Shown here one piece after another: positions 18,043 through 26,879 of a stretch of DNA of 64,000 nucleotides. The notes below the pieces were generated by a model that was not told the DNA's origin, did no database searches, and worked only from the letters and a program-made list of their open reading frames with translations. Within the stretch, counting starts at the first letter, position 1, and each line of letters starts with the position of its first letter. The position numbers and the translations under genes were made by a program. Origin of the DNA: a virus; the IMG/VR virus record IMGVR_UViG_3300021960_000054, positions 1 to 64,000 of that record. One strand, 5' to 3'.

Positions 18043-18313
18043 TCTAGTTTGCACTTCGGAGGATACGGAGGATGGCGGTGCCATCTTTCACTTCGATGGA
18101 TCGGATTCAGATATGAATGAGATTATTAGAGTTGGTATGCTACAAGTAATTAAGCAGGACAAACTAGAAGTCGCTGACTATCTTGCTCCTAACTTTGATG
18201 ACCTACCAGAAGAAGAACAAATCCAGAATTATTTCTTTGCATTCGCTGTAAAGGAAGGTCTGACAAATCTTCTTAAAGACACTGCCGATAAGCAACAGAT
18301 GAAATTATTTTAA
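17972..18313 (+). CDS. Acidic hypothetical protein
   Basis: ORF track. Confidence 0.65.
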   Translation: MQYFLKRNLSMSSKKDLTDSVIGSLVCTSEDTEDGGAIFHFDGSDSDMNEIIRVGMLQVIKQDKLEVADYLAPNFDDLPEEEQIQNYFFAFAVKEGLTNLLKDTADKQQMKLF

Positions 18314-18330
18314 CTTTTGCCAAAAAAGAT

Positions 18331-18386
18331 GTGGATTTCCCTTGACATTTATCTAATAGTTCGATATAATGTATATACAAGATGAG
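18331..18386 (+). promoter_or_regulatory. Early sigma70 promoter cassette
   Basis: GTGGATTTCCC-TTGACA-N17-TATAAT...CAAGATGAG. Confidence 0.88.
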
Positions 18387-18744
18387 AAATGAGAGAGATT
18401 ATATTATGAAACAAGTTACTGAAACACACATTACTGATTACATTGACTTCATCATGGATGACTATGTTGACTGGTGCGGTCAAGCAAAAATCGGTTCTGA
18501 CCAAATGAAAGAAACTAAGTTCTTTGCAGAAGAAGGTCGCAACTACATTAAGATTGTTCACGCTAAGGTGGGCGGTCAACAAAGCGTTCATTCTTTTATT
18601 GTAAAGAAAGCAACTAAGAAGTTCGTTGAAGGTGATGTACTCATGGCGGCGTCATGGAAAGCACCAGCAACAAACTTTGCGAGAGCGACAGTCTTTGATG
18701 CTGAAAGTCTCAAAGGTCGTGTTCGTTGGTCTGGCGTTTGTTAA
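18382..18744 (+). CDS. Conserved early phage protein
   Basis: GRNYIKIV...SVHSFIV...GDVLMAASWKAPA pattern. Confidence 0.8.
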   Translation: MRNERDYIMKQVTETHITDYIDFIMDDYVDWCGQAKIGSDQMKETKFFAEEGRNYIKIVHAKVGGQQSVHSFIVKKATKKFVEGDVLMAASWKAPATNFARATVFDAESLKGRVRWSGVC

Positions 18745-18765
18745 TTAACTATTGGAGATTATATT

Positions 18766-19065
18766 ATGAAAAAAGTTGCAGTTATTCACACCGCATTTGA
18801 AAAGACACCTCGCACAGTTGCATTTGTTGAGGTTGAAGATACCGTAACAGTTGATGATGCACTTGAGTATGCATATCGTTGGACACAGAATATCATGGAT
18901 AGTTGGTCTAAGAAAGGTCCCTGTGACGGCAATGAATTCGTTACCGTTGTTGGAGACATGTCTGATGGTTATGGACTACGTTCTACTTCGGTTGGTGACC
19001 AGATATTAGTTGGCACTAAGAAGTACACTGTAGCACCTGTGGGGTTTGAGGAAATGGTAACATGA
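18766..19065 (+). CDS. YodL-like protein
   Basis: RSTSVGD motif; GGAG RBS. Confidence 0.65.
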   Translation: MKKVAVIHTAFEKTPRTVAFVEVEDTVTVDDALEYAYRWTQNIMDSWSKKGPCDGNEFVTVVGDMSDGYGLRSTSVGDQILVGTKKYTVAPVGFEEMVT

Positions 19066-19265
19066 TGACACTTGATGAACTAGATGAATTTTTGCTTGAA
19101 CTTGAAACTGACGTTGAAAAGAAAATTGAATGGACACTAACTAATCATGTATCACTTGCAGAAGCAAAGAAATACACCGGTGGCATTCAATTATCAATCA
19201 ACGGTCTGAAAGAAAAGGTCAAAGAACTAAAATTAATTGAAGCATTCAATGATGAAACCGTCTAA
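19062..19265 (+). CDS. Hypothetical protein
   Basis: ORF track; coupled start. Confidence 0.6.
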   Translation: MMTLDELDEFLLELETDVEKKIEWTLTNHVSLAEAKKYTGGIQLSINGLKEKVKELKLIEAFNDETV

Positions 19266-19314
19266 GTGTATGATTATTAATAGAAACTATTTTTCATTAT
19301 TGCCCAAAAAACAC

Positions 19315-19343
19315 TTGACAAAGCACTTATAATAGGGTATAAT
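19315..19343 (+). promoter_or_regulatory. Consensus sigma70 promoter
   Basis: TTGACA-N17-TATAAT. Confidence 0.88.
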
Positions 19344-19349
19344 GTATAC

Positions 19350-19706
19350 ATGATGATGAGAAATGAGGTAGAAAATATGAAGAAAGTTTTAATGATTGCC
19401 GCTCTTGCGTTAACAGCAACAACTGCGAATGCTACTGACCTCAGTCAGTGGAAGATTCCAGCGAACAGTGTTCTTAATGATAGCGTTAATGCAGTAGGTG
19501 CGCCTTTGTGGTTAGAGCATCTTGCAAACGGTATTGATGTTCGAAATGTTCTTGGCGCAGTAGTCGGTACTGTGATTGATCCTCGCGGATATCCAGACAG
19601 TGCTTACCCTGGCGGAAAGCGTCCTAATCTTAATGTTCAACTTGGTAATATGAAAACAGGAAAATGTTACAGCGATCCAAAAGGCAATGGCATCTGGTGT
19701 CCCTAA
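19350..19706 (+). CDS. Secreted hypothetical protein (likely start MKKVLM)
   Basis: Sec signal ending ANA; GAGG RBS. Confidence 0.75.
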   Translation: MMMRNEVENMKKVLMIAALALTATTANATDLSQWKIPANSVLNDSVNAVGAPLWLEHLANGIDVRNVLGAVVGTVIDPRGYPDSAYPGGKRPNLNVQLGNMKTGKCYSDPKGNGIWCP

Positions 19707-19831
19707 TAGGGATATCATTATTGATGAGTGCTTGTACTACAACAGAACTTGCAATTGACATGTATCAGAGTTGTAAGTATAGAGATAAATGTCCAGTTGA
19801 ATTAGTAGGAGATTGGTTAAATGGTAAGTAG
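19664..19831 (+). CDS. Small lipoprotein (55 aa)
   Basis: Manual translation MLQRSKRQWHLVSLIGISLLMSAC-TTTELAIDMYQSCKYRDKCPVELVGDWLNGK; lipobox present. Confidence 0.55.
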   Translation: MLQRSKRQWHLVSLIGISLLMSACTTTELAIDMYQSCKYRDKCPVELVGDWLNGK

Positions 19832-20429
19832 AACTTTAGCAATACTTGCATTAACTAGTAGCACGGCACTAGCGAATTCCCCATGTGATTATGACCAGAC
19901 AGTAGAAACGAACTGGTCACACACAATTGAAAAAACTTCTAACATTGATAAGAAAGTATTTCCTTATGTTGACGATACTCGCAAATGTGTAATGAAGTTT
20001 GATGTTACAATCAATGGTACTGTACATCCAACTTCAGGTAGTTATGTGTTCGGTCCTGATGCGACAGAGAACTACGCATGTGAGCAAGCAACAATCAAAG
20101 GTAAGAAAAGTATCATCGGTAAAGTCTCTCCAGAAATACTTACTGCAAAGACAGAGATGAACTGTGGCGTAAAGAATAAACCACAAGAAGTTGCTAATGT
20201 GCAAATAGCAAAACAATTACCTACACATGAACCAGCACCGAGAGTTACTTCGGAAGTGGTTCGTAGGGAAGTTAGAGTTGTCAATCAACCTCAAGTTATT
20301 GAGCGTAGAATTATTGTGCAACCAAATGTAGTCTATACCAGAAGCGGTAGCAGTTATGTTTCGCATAATCCAGTTGATAATGCTATCAGAGGTGTGGTTA
20401 ACTTAGTATTAGGAAATGGAGCATATTAA
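19821..20429 (+). CDS. Secreted Cys-containing protein
   Basis: Signal peptide ending ALA; AGGAG RBS. Confidence 0.78.
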   Translation: MVSRTLAILALTSSTALANSPCDYDQTVETNWSHTIEKTSNIDKKVFPYVDDTRKCVMKFDVTINGTVHPTSGSYVFGPDATENYACEQATIKGKKSIIGKVSPEILTAKTEMNCGVKNKPQEVANVQIAKQLPTHEPAPRVTSEVVRREVRVVNQPQVIERRIIVQPNVVYTRSGSSYVSHNPVDNAIRGVVNLVLGNGAY

Positions 20430-20431
20430 TT

Positions 20432-20575
20432 ATGAAATATGTGATTGGATTTTTAATTGGTGCTGTTGTAATTTACAACTACCCAGACTTGATTGCAAAC
20501 ATGGACCCTATGGGATGGTTTGTAGATAGTGGTCTTCGTGACCGCGCTGTTGATGTACTAGAAGGAGTGAAATAG
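20432..20575 (+). CDS. Small membrane protein
   Basis: Manual translation MKYVIGFLIGAVVIYNYPDLIANMDP...; GGAG RBS. Confidence 0.6.
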   Translation: MKYVIGFLIGAVVIYNYPDLIANMDPMGWFVDSGLRDRAVDVLEGVK

Positions 20576-21237
20576 TGAAACAGTATAATATGATGATTAT
20601 GGGTGCGGCGTGTCTTTCGATGGCGGCGTGTAGTTCAACTAACGTAGCGACAAAGAACACTGCACCTCCAGGTACAGTTGACGTTGCGTCATACGAATAT
20701 AAAGCGAGTGCGGTGAAAGACAATGTTGCAGTAATTCCTAAATGGTTTACTGAGTTGCCATCAAACGATAAAGCAATCTATGCTGTCGGCACATCAGTAA
20801 CGCCTGACTTACAATTGTCTGTAGACATGGCAGTACTGAATGCAAAGACAACTCTTGCTGACCGTATCAATGGACGTGTTCGCAGTCAGACAAAGAACTT
20901 TATCTCAAAGATTGGTTCTGATGAAACTGACACTGCAATCTTGTCTGAACTTGAAAAGACAACTTCTAATCTTGTAGCAGATGTAGATGTTGCTGGATAC
21001 AAAGTATCAGAAAGTAAGATTGTATCAAGCGGTACACAGTATCGTGCATTCGTTCTACTAGAGTATTCTGATTTGCAAGCAAGTAAAATTCTGATGAACC
21101 GTCTGCGTAAAGACCGTATGTTGTTGTCAAAGATTTCTTCAACGAATGCGTTTAAAGAACTTGATGATAAAGTCAATGATGCAAATGCACAAGTGACTGC
21201 AGAGAATGAAGCAGTCGTAAAGGTGCTTACACAATGA
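20575..21237 (+). CDS. LPP20-like lipoprotein
   Basis: Lipobox MAAC; IPKWF...IYAVG...AVLNAKTTLA. Confidence 0.8.
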   Translation: MKQYNMMIMGAACLSMAACSSTNVATKNTAPPGTVDVASYEYKASAVKDNVAVIPKWFTELPSNDKAIYAVGTSVTPDLQLSVDMAVLNAKTTLADRINGRVRSQTKNFISKIGSDETDTAILSELEKTTSNLVADVDVAGYKVSESKIVSSGTQYRAFVLLEYSDLQASKILMNRLRKDRMLLSKISSTNAFKELDDKVNDANAQVTAENEAVVKVLTQ

Positions 21238-21455
21238 GCAATCAACGACTAGCAAAGTTGCAACGCAAAGCAACATTCAATGACAGCGGTTCCATGTTGC
21301 GTCAAGTTATCAACTTCGCCAAAGAAGCAGAAGAACTGCTAGAGAAGCAAGGTGAAGAAGATGCCGCATTCTACTTTGGTCAATTGAAAGATTGGTTGAT
21401 TGACCATCCGACTAAAGCGTTCAGCGAGAAGACCCACAAAATTCTAGGGTTGTAA
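21234..21455 (+). CDS. Hypothetical protein
   Basis: ORF track; coupled start. Confidence 0.65.
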   Translation: MSNQRLAKLQRKATFNDSGSMLRQVINFAKEAEELLEKQGEEDAAFYFGQLKDWLIDHPTKAFSEKTHKILGL

Positions 21456-21459
21456 GTTT

Positions 21460-21546
21460 GCGCCCGTGGCGGAATAGGTAGACGCAACGGACTTAAAATC
21501 CGTTATCGATTACGGTGTGTGGGTTCGAGTCCCTCCGGGCGCACCA
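21460..21546 (+). tRNA. tRNA-Leu(TAA)
   Basis: GCGCCCG acceptor, ACGGA-ct-TAA-aa-TCCGT, long variable arm, GGTTCGAGT, encoded CCA. Confidence 0.93.
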
Positions 21547-21571
21547 AATATATATTACAAGGAGATGATAA

Positions 21572-21787
21572 ATGTTACACAAGATATCTGATTTATGTGA
21601 TAGAATTGATGCCATAAAGTTTCAAGCGGATAGATTGCGAGAAGCAAAATATGGTCCAAACAAAAGAGACGGCGCAGAAGTACAAGCACTCATTGATGAT
21701 ATTCAAGCGATGTGTTATACTGTTGCGAATGACAAATCGAAATACCAGAGAGTGTCTTACTTAGAAGGTGGACAGTTTCAAGAGTAA
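21572..21787 (+). CDS. Hypothetical protein
   Basis: AAGGAG RBS. Confidence 0.7.
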   Translation: MLHKISDLCDRIDAIKFQADRLREAKYGPNKRDGAEVQALIDDIQAMCYTVANDKSKYQRVSYLEGGQFQE

Positions 21788-21793
21788 AAGTAT

Positions 21794-21870
21794 CTGCCCG
21801 TAGTTCAGTTGGATAGAACAACGGATTTCTAATCCGTAGGCCGTGGGTTCGAATCCTACCGGGCAGGCCA
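21794..21870 (+). tRNA. tRNA-Arg(TCT)
   Basis: CTGCCCG/CGGGCAG acceptor, ACGGA-tt-TCT-aa-TCCGT, GGTTCGAATCC, CCA. Confidence 0.93.
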
Positions 21871-21874
21871 ATTT

Positions 21875-21948
21875 AGGGGAATGGTGTACTGGTATCACGG
21901 TAGTCTCCAAAACTACAGAATGAGGTTCGATTCCTTGTTCCCCTGCCA
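21875..21948 (+). tRNA. tRNA-Trp(CCA)
   Basis: AGGGGAA/TTCCCCT acceptor, GTAGT-ct-CCA-aa-ACTAC, GGTTCGATTCC, CCA. Confidence 0.92.
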
Positions 21949-21966
21949 AATAGATGAGGACGTAAC

Positions 21967-22284
21967 ATGAGTAATGCATACGGAAAAACAAGGTTCGATT
22001 TAGAACATGCGTTGAATGATATTCGCACAACGGCAACGGACATTCAGACTGTTGCGGATATGATGTACGACAGTACTCTTATCTATAATGAAGACCGAAC
22101 CCATACTGTTCTTAGTGGTCTAGCAGAAGTGTTAGAAGCAAAGTGTGAGAAAGCAGATATGATATTCAAAATGCTTTTTGAACTAGACGAATACAATCAT
22201 CAGTATTACAAAGATGCTGATGGAACTTTGCGTTGGCGAGACACAGACCAACCATTAGAGTCCCAACTGTGGGATAAAGTTTAA
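21967..22284 (+). CDS. Hypothetical protein
   Basis: GAGGA RBS. Confidence 0.7.
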   Translation: MSNAYGKTRFDLEHALNDIRTTATDIQTVADMMYDSTLIYNEDRTHTVLSGLAEVLEAKCEKADMIFKMLFELDEYNHQYYKDADGTLRWRDTDQPLESQLWDKV

Positions 22285-22361
22285 CGGAGATTAGCGCAGT
22301 CTGGTAGCGCATCTGCTTTGGGAGCAGAGGGTCGTTGGTTCGAATCCAGCATCTCCGACCA
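22285..22361 (+). tRNA. tRNA-Pro(TGG)
   Basis: CGGAGAT/ATCTCCG acceptor, TCTGC-tt-TGG-ga-GCAGA, GGTTCGAATCC, CCA. Confidence 0.95.
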
Positions 22362-22380
22362 ATATTGAAAAGGAATTAAT

Positions 22381-22518
22381 ATGTCACAATGGCATGGTGG
22401 TAAAGGTTCAGGTCGTAGAAAACAAACAGATGACAAATCATATTCTGAAAACTACGACCGTATATTCGGAAAGAAAAAGAAACCTAATCCCAATGATAAA
22501 AGGAAAGTGAAGGAGTGA
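22381..22518 (+). CDS. Small basic protein (45 aa)
   Basis: Manual translation MSQWHGGKGSGRRKQTDDKSYSENYDRIFGKKKK...; AAGGA RBS. Confidence 0.65.
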   Translation: MSQWHGGKGSGRRKQTDDKSYSENYDRIFGKKKKPNPNDKRKVKE

Positions 22519-22519
22519 T

Positions 22520-23101
22520 ATGAAAGAAGTAAACATACAACATGCGTTTGCAGACTTCTTCGTGCATGAAGAAATTTTTATTAACAATGACGATATCTGT
22601 AAATTCATCTACAAGCAAAAAGAAAAGAGTGAAGGTCCTAGTATCTGGTTTGATGGAACAGAACCTGAACTGGCACAGTTCTATGGTGTTGTGCAAACAT
22701 ATCTAGATGCAATGCATACTAAGTTATCTTTGTATCCTAAACTAAAGCAAAGACTATTTCAAGCATGGGCAAACATCAATATGAATGAATTTATTTCTGT
22801 TCCTCATAGTCACAGTGAAAGAGCATATGCAGTTATCTCTGGAGTATATTATCCAAAGGCAGATGAGAACTGTCATCCAATTGAGTTTGCATCTAACAAT
22901 CGTTCAGTTGAGCATGTGATTTTTCCTGAGGTTGTAGATAAAGAGAATGAATTCAATTGCGGTCACAAACGCATTGTACCTAAGACCGGAACTCTTTTGT
23001 TATTTCCTTCTTGGTTAATACACTATGTTGTACCGGCGGGTACTGCAACAGAAGATAGAATTTCATTAGCATTCAATGCTGACATGGTACCTAAAGATTG
23101 A
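22520..23101 (+). CDS. Putative 2OG-Fe(II) oxygenase (TIGR02466-like)
   Basis: AWANIN...PHSH...ISGVYY...GTLLLFPSWLIHYV...RISLAFN. Confidence 0.9.
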   Translation: MKEVNIQHAFADFFVHEEIFINNDDICKFIYKQKEKSEGPSIWFDGTEPELAQFYGVVQTYLDAMHTKLSLYPKLKQRLFQAWANINMNEFISVPHSHSERAYAVISGVYYPKADENCHPIEFASNNRSVEHVIFPEVVDKENEFNCGHKRIVPKTGTLLLFPSWLIHYVVPAGTATEDRISLAFNADMVPKD

Positions 23102-23777
23102 TATGAACATAGAATTCAAATCATTAGACAAAGATAATTTATATCCTCCTGTGCCTGCGACACAAGTTATTCCGGAGAGATTTAAAAAGATACCGAATAC
23201 AAATACAGAATATGATTTAATGACTGTGAAGAATTGTATGCCTATGATAGAACATCTATCCAATGGTTATGCAATCAGACTGAGACATAGTATCGACATA
23301 AAGCAAAAGTTTCAACCTTATGCAGAAGGGTTCGATGAGCGAAATACATTTACTGTTGGTCAAGTAGGATTAGGTAATCATCCTCATGAGCAATTACCTA
23401 TAACTATAAACGGTAAGAGAAATGATTATATAAAACTTCCTAATCTATGGACTATCAAAACTCCAGATGGATACTCTTCTATGTTCTATTCTGTTTTTGG
23501 TGAAGAGAGATTTAAAATATTCAGTGGTGTTGTTGCCACAGACAAGTATACTCTTCCTGTATTGTTTCCTGGAGTTATTACAACCACAGAAGATTTTACA
23601 ATTGAAGCAGGGACAGCAATTGCTATTGTATTTCCTTTCAAGAGAGATAGTTGGACATCAACCACTACTGAATGGAGTGTCGATAATAAGATACAAGAGA
23701 TGGAAGATATGAGAACCTTTAATGAAAATGCACATCATTATAAAAATTCAGTGCATGTAAAAAGTAAATTTAATTAA
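23076..23777 (+). CDS. Hypothetical protein, paralogue of 10109
   Basis: PPVPA...TVKNCMP...GYAI...WTIKTPDGYS...GVVATD...GTAIA..FPFKR. Confidence 0.78.
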   Translation: MLTWYLKIDMNIEFKSLDKDNLYPPVPATQVIPERFKKIPNTNTEYDLMTVKNCMPMIEHLSNGYAIRLRHSIDIKQKFQPYAEGFDERNTFTVGQVGLGNHPHEQLPITINGKRNDYIKLPNLWTIKTPDGYSSMFYSVFGEERFKIFSGVVATDKYTLPVLFPGVITTTEDFTIEAGTAIAIVFPFKRDSWTSTTTEWSVDNKIQEMEDMRTFNENAHHYKNSVHVKSKFN

Positions 23778-23826
23778 AAAAAATTACAAGTCATTGAAAT
23801 GCAACGATAAAAAGTTGCATTTTTTT

Positions 23827-23882
23827 GTGGATTTCTCTTGACATTAGTGTAAAAGTAGGGTATATTATATAAGTAAGATGAG
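23827..23882 (+). promoter_or_regulatory. Early sigma70 promoter cassette
   Basis: GTGGATTTCTC-TTGACA-N17-TATATT...TAAGATGAG. Confidence 0.85.
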
Positions 23883-24164
23883 TTGAAAGAGAGAGAAAAA
23901 AAAATGATGTTTATTGATGCTGTTGAAAACAAAATGATTGCTGTTTACAAAGACGTTGGTGAGTGTGTCGGTCACGCTAAGACCGCTAAGATGCTGAAAT
24001 ACATTCTTCAAACTCACAAGATTGAGAACGAGACTTTCTACTACGGAAGCACTATGGACTTCGCTGATGAAGTAGGGTTCGCCCACTACGATGATGCTAA
24101 GAAGATTGTTGATGAGTGTTTCGATATGATTAAATGTGAAATGGTTGCTGAGGAGTTAGCATAA
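23883..24164 (+). CDS. Early hypothetical protein (likely start MMFID)
   Basis: ORF track; behind promoter. Confidence 0.7.
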   Translation: MKEREKKMMFIDAVENKMIAVYKDVGECVGHAKTAKMLKYILQTHKIENETFYYGSTMDFADEVGFAHYDDAKKIVDECFDMIKCEMVAEELA

Positions 24165-24382
24165 TGCAGATTTTAGAAATCAAAGAAATTGTTGCTGAAG
24201 AAGTTAATGATATGTTCCGTGATATGATTGAGACTGGTCAAGGCATCGGTAGCAGTGATATTACTGCTTGTATGAATGCTTGTGTTCCTGCGGTGAATGG
24301 TCGCTTCGATATTGACCTTCCTTTGTTGTGTCACTTGATACATGATGCAATCGGTAAGTTAGAAGAAGAGGTAATGGCATAA
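24164..24382 (+). CDS. Hypothetical protein
   Basis: GAGGAG RBS; coupled. Confidence 0.7.
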   Translation: MQILEIKEIVAEEVNDMFRDMIETGQGIGSSDITACMNACVPAVNGRFDIDLPLLCHLIHDAIGKLEEEVMA

Positions 24383-24591
24383 TGATTGATTGTTTTGTAA
24401 ATGGCAGTGTGAAGTTGTCGAAAGGAACTACCTTGAAAGAATTCATGGAGTTCATGTGGGACTTGAAAAGTTTTGATGGTCTTAATGTTGTTGACAAGTG
24501 GGTAGGGTTTGGCGCACTGCCAGATATCAAACTTGTTCTAGAGAATGGTCATCAGATTAGTTGTAAGCGATTATGGCAAGAGAGAGTGTAA
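24382..24591 (+). CDS. Hypothetical protein
   Basis: GAGG RBS; coupled. Confidence 0.65.
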   Translation: MIDCFVNGSVKLSKGTTLKEFMEFMWDLKSFDGLNVVDKWVGFGALPDIKLVLENGHQISCKRLWQERV

Positions 24592-24836
24592 TGAATCCTA
24601 TGAGAGATTTTGTTGTTGGTGAGTGGGTAGTACTGAAAGGTATTTCTCGCCACGGCAAGCAACGCATTGACCAACACGGTAAAGAGTGGGAAGTTCGTGA
24701 TGTAGGAACATTCAACGGCATTCGCTGTATCAGTGTTCTAAGTGAAAGTAAGACTTTCAAACTGGCGCCAGGACATAAAATACGCGACATGCGTTGGATA
24801 CATATTAAAGATGATCCAAACTTTGAGGTGATTTAA
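24573..24836 (+). CDS. Hypothetical protein
   Basis: ORF track. Confidence 0.65.
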   Translation: MARESVMNPMRDFVVGEWVVLKGISRHGKQRIDQHGKEWEVRDVGTFNGIRCISVLSESKTFKLAPGHKIRDMRWIHIKDDPNFEVI

Positions 24837-24837
24837 A

Positions 24838-25140
24838 ATGATTAGTTATACAAAAGAATTTAATGATATAAAGTTCACACCATTCTTAGATGGTGTGCAA
24901 GCACTTATTGACTATGGTGCATATGAACTATCTGTTGTTAGACATTCTAGTTCATACGGTAGTGACAAAGGACTCTACGAGATTGGTGTCTTTGATAAAC
25001 TAGCAGGTATGGTTTCTCTTCCTGGTATCACTCTTGCCGAAGATACTATCAAAGGATACTTGACAGAAGAAGATGTTTCTGCTATAATGAAGAAAATGGA
25101 GACACTAACAACTAATGAAGGAGTGCAAATTGCAATCTAA
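24838..25140 (+). CDS. Conserved phage hypothetical protein
   Basis: YELSVV...SYG..KGLYEIGV...GYLTEEDV. Confidence 0.72.
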   Translation: MISYTKEFNDIKFTPFLDGVQALIDYGAYELSVVRHSSSYGSDKGLYEIGVFDKLAGMVSLPGITLAEDTIKGYLTEEDVSAIMKKMETLTTNEGVQIAI

Positions 25141-25384
25141 ATATGTTTTGATGATTGATCCCACACCAAGAGGTTGGGCATACGGGTTTCCGAAAGCATT
25201 ACCACAACATGCGGTTGGTGGTTCCGGTACAGACTTATTCGTGTTAGAAAGTTTTAATCTAACAATGTGGGTTACCGCTCATGGGTATCCAAAAAACCAG
25301 TTTCAGCATTATCGTTTGTTTGTACAAGAAGTTGATGATATTGATGAACAGTACAAAGCAACTGGAACTTATTTAAGAGAGTGA
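25115..25384 (+). CDS. Hypothetical protein
   Basis: IDP..GWAYGFPK motif. Confidence 0.68.
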   Translation: MKECKLQSKYVLMIDPTPRGWAYGFPKALPQHAVGGSGTDLFVLESFNLTMWVTAHGYPKNQFQHYRLFVQEVDDIDEQYKATGTYLRE

Positions 25385-25390
25385 TGAACA

Positions 25391-25660
25391 ATGGTTTGGA
25401 TTAAAAAGTATCACAACGACAAGCGCGATTACATTATTAAAACTCATGAGATTGAGATTCCAAATACTGTGATTGAAGAGAAAGCACCTGAGTATGATTT
25501 GCATAAGAAGTATGAAGTTGTACTCATGCAAGACCAAAACGAACTGACAGGTCAAGTCTCATACTTCTGGTTCGAAGAACAGAAGCAAAAAGTAATCTCA
25601 CCGAGATTTAATAATCAACAAATAGCAATGCATTGGATGAAAGAAAATGATAGACAATAG
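25391..25660 (+). CDS. Hypothetical protein
   Basis: ORF track. Confidence 0.62.
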   Translation: MVWIKKYHNDKRDYIIKTHEIEIPNTVIEEKAPEYDLHKKYEVVLMQDQNELTGQVSYFWFEEQKQKVISPRFNNQQIAMHWMKENDRQ

Positions 25661-25931
25661 ACCACGCGGTATTCCGTCTTCAGCAAAGAAGCATATGAAT
25701 AAAGCATTCGAAGAGATTGAACAATACGCAGTTAACTATACAGACACAGAGCATCTTATTGCTCAACTTCTCATTCGTATGGGTGATTGGTTTGAAGATC
25801 CCGATCCGTATTACGATGAATGGTTCGCACAAGCAAATCAAGAAAGTCTTGAGATGATGTTCAATGCAATGCAGAGATGTAATCGTGACAACTTCTCATC
25901 AAGAGCAAAGTCTCATGCCTCTGTCGATTGA
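25647..25931 (+). CDS. Hypothetical protein
   Basis: ORF track. Confidence 0.62.
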   Translation: MIDNRPRGIPSSAKKHMNKAFEEIEQYAVNYTDTEHLIAQLLIRMGDWFEDPDPYYDEWFAQANQESLEMMFNAMQRCNRDNFSSRAKSHASVD

Positions 25932-26118
25932 TATCAAAGAACGCTTGTTTAGACAAGTCGTATCTTGTGTTCATAACGATGAGCAATATCATTATGTTTG
26001 CCCACGCTGTAGTTCATGGGAATACAAAACAGAACTCATTTCAGAGTTTACTTGTATTCAATGTGAGTTCGTGACGCAAGACATACATTACACAAAACTC
26101 TTGTCTTCAAAACGCTAA
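25864..26118 (+). CDS. Zn-ribbon protein (likely start MPLSID)
   Basis: CPRC...CIQC. Confidence 0.6.
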   Translation: MQCRDVIVTTSHQEQSLMPLSIDIKERLFRQVVSCVHNDEQYHYVCPRCSSWEYKTELISEFTCIQCEFVTQDIHYTKLLSSKR

Positions 26119-26129
26119 AGGAAAAAACT

Positions 26130-26459
26130 ATGATTAAACTTATATCTGAAACAGACGATGCACATAAAGCATACACTGCAGTAGAACGAATTGAGATGAC
26201 GGTATCTTCAGATGCATCAGTCGATGAAATGTTAGATGTGTATAAACAATTTCTCAATGCGTGTGGATATCATGTAGATGGTTATTTCGAACAGGTAAAC
26301 GATGAAGAAGAAGTAGAGAGTGATTTTTGTCCTGTCGTGCTTGACTTCACAAAGAAAGAACAAGAAGTATCATGGGAAGTCCCTGCGGATCAGACTTTGT
26401 ATGAAAGTCATGAAGCATTCATGAAACGTAAAGCGAGAGAAGAAGACAATGACAACTAA
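26130..26459 (+). CDS. Hypothetical protein
   Basis: AAGGA RBS; FLNACGY motif. Confidence 0.7.
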   Translation: MIKLISETDDAHKAYTAVERIEMTVSSDASVDEMLDVYKQFLNACGYHVDGYFEQVNDEEEVESDFCPVVLDFTKKEQEVSWEVPADQTLYESHEAFMKRKAREEDNDN

Positions 26460-26676
26460 GAAATTAGAATTGAAGTTTGCTGATACATTCTTTGATAGTC
26501 TAGATGACAGTGATATGACTGAAGAAGAAAAGCAAGAACTCATCAACGAGATTGGTCTCATGTTCGAAAGCGGTGAACTCATGTCTAGCGCACATGAACT
26601 TGAAGAAGATGAGATTCCAGATGAAGTTCGTGACGCATATGAAGAGTATGTACAGAACAATAAGTCATGGCACTAA
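26449..26676 (+). CDS. Acidic hypothetical protein
   Basis: ORF track. Confidence 0.65.
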   Translation: MTTKKLELKFADTFFDSLDDSDMTEEEKQELINEIGLMFESGELMSSAHELEEDEIPDEVRDAYEEYVQNNKSWH

Positions 26677-26677
26677 C

Positions 26678-26863
26678 ATGAGCGTAACACTTGCTAAAGT
26701 GAGAGTGTATGATGAAGATACATTTCATAGAACAGGCGAAACAAAGATAGTGTACATGTACGTTAATCATGAAGGACTACAAATCAGCGATGCATTCGAT
26801 ACAGTGAATGATGCTCGTTTGTGGTATTCAGAAATGATGAAAGACTATCCGTATAGTAAATGA
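26678..26863 (+). CDS. Hypothetical protein (start MSVTLAK)
   Basis: 3' part of ORF 26552-26863, non-overlapping start. Confidence 0.55.
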   Translation: MSVTLAKVRVYDEDTFHRTGETKIVYMYVNHEGLQISDAFDTVNDARLWYSEMMKDYPYSK

Positions 26864-26879
26864 AGAAGAGCGAAGTTCA

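Noticed and set aside
21488-21837. Identical ACGGA/TCCGT anticodon stems in tRNA-Leu and tRNA-Arg
   Set aside because: Only 5 bp; the rest of the two tRNAs differ, so this is insufficient evidence for anticodon switching.
21460-22361. Suppressor tRNA or stop-codon reassignment
   Set aside because: Anticodons are TAA, TCT, CCA and TGG, all sense. Core genes are intact under the standard code and end in TAA, TAG and TGA.
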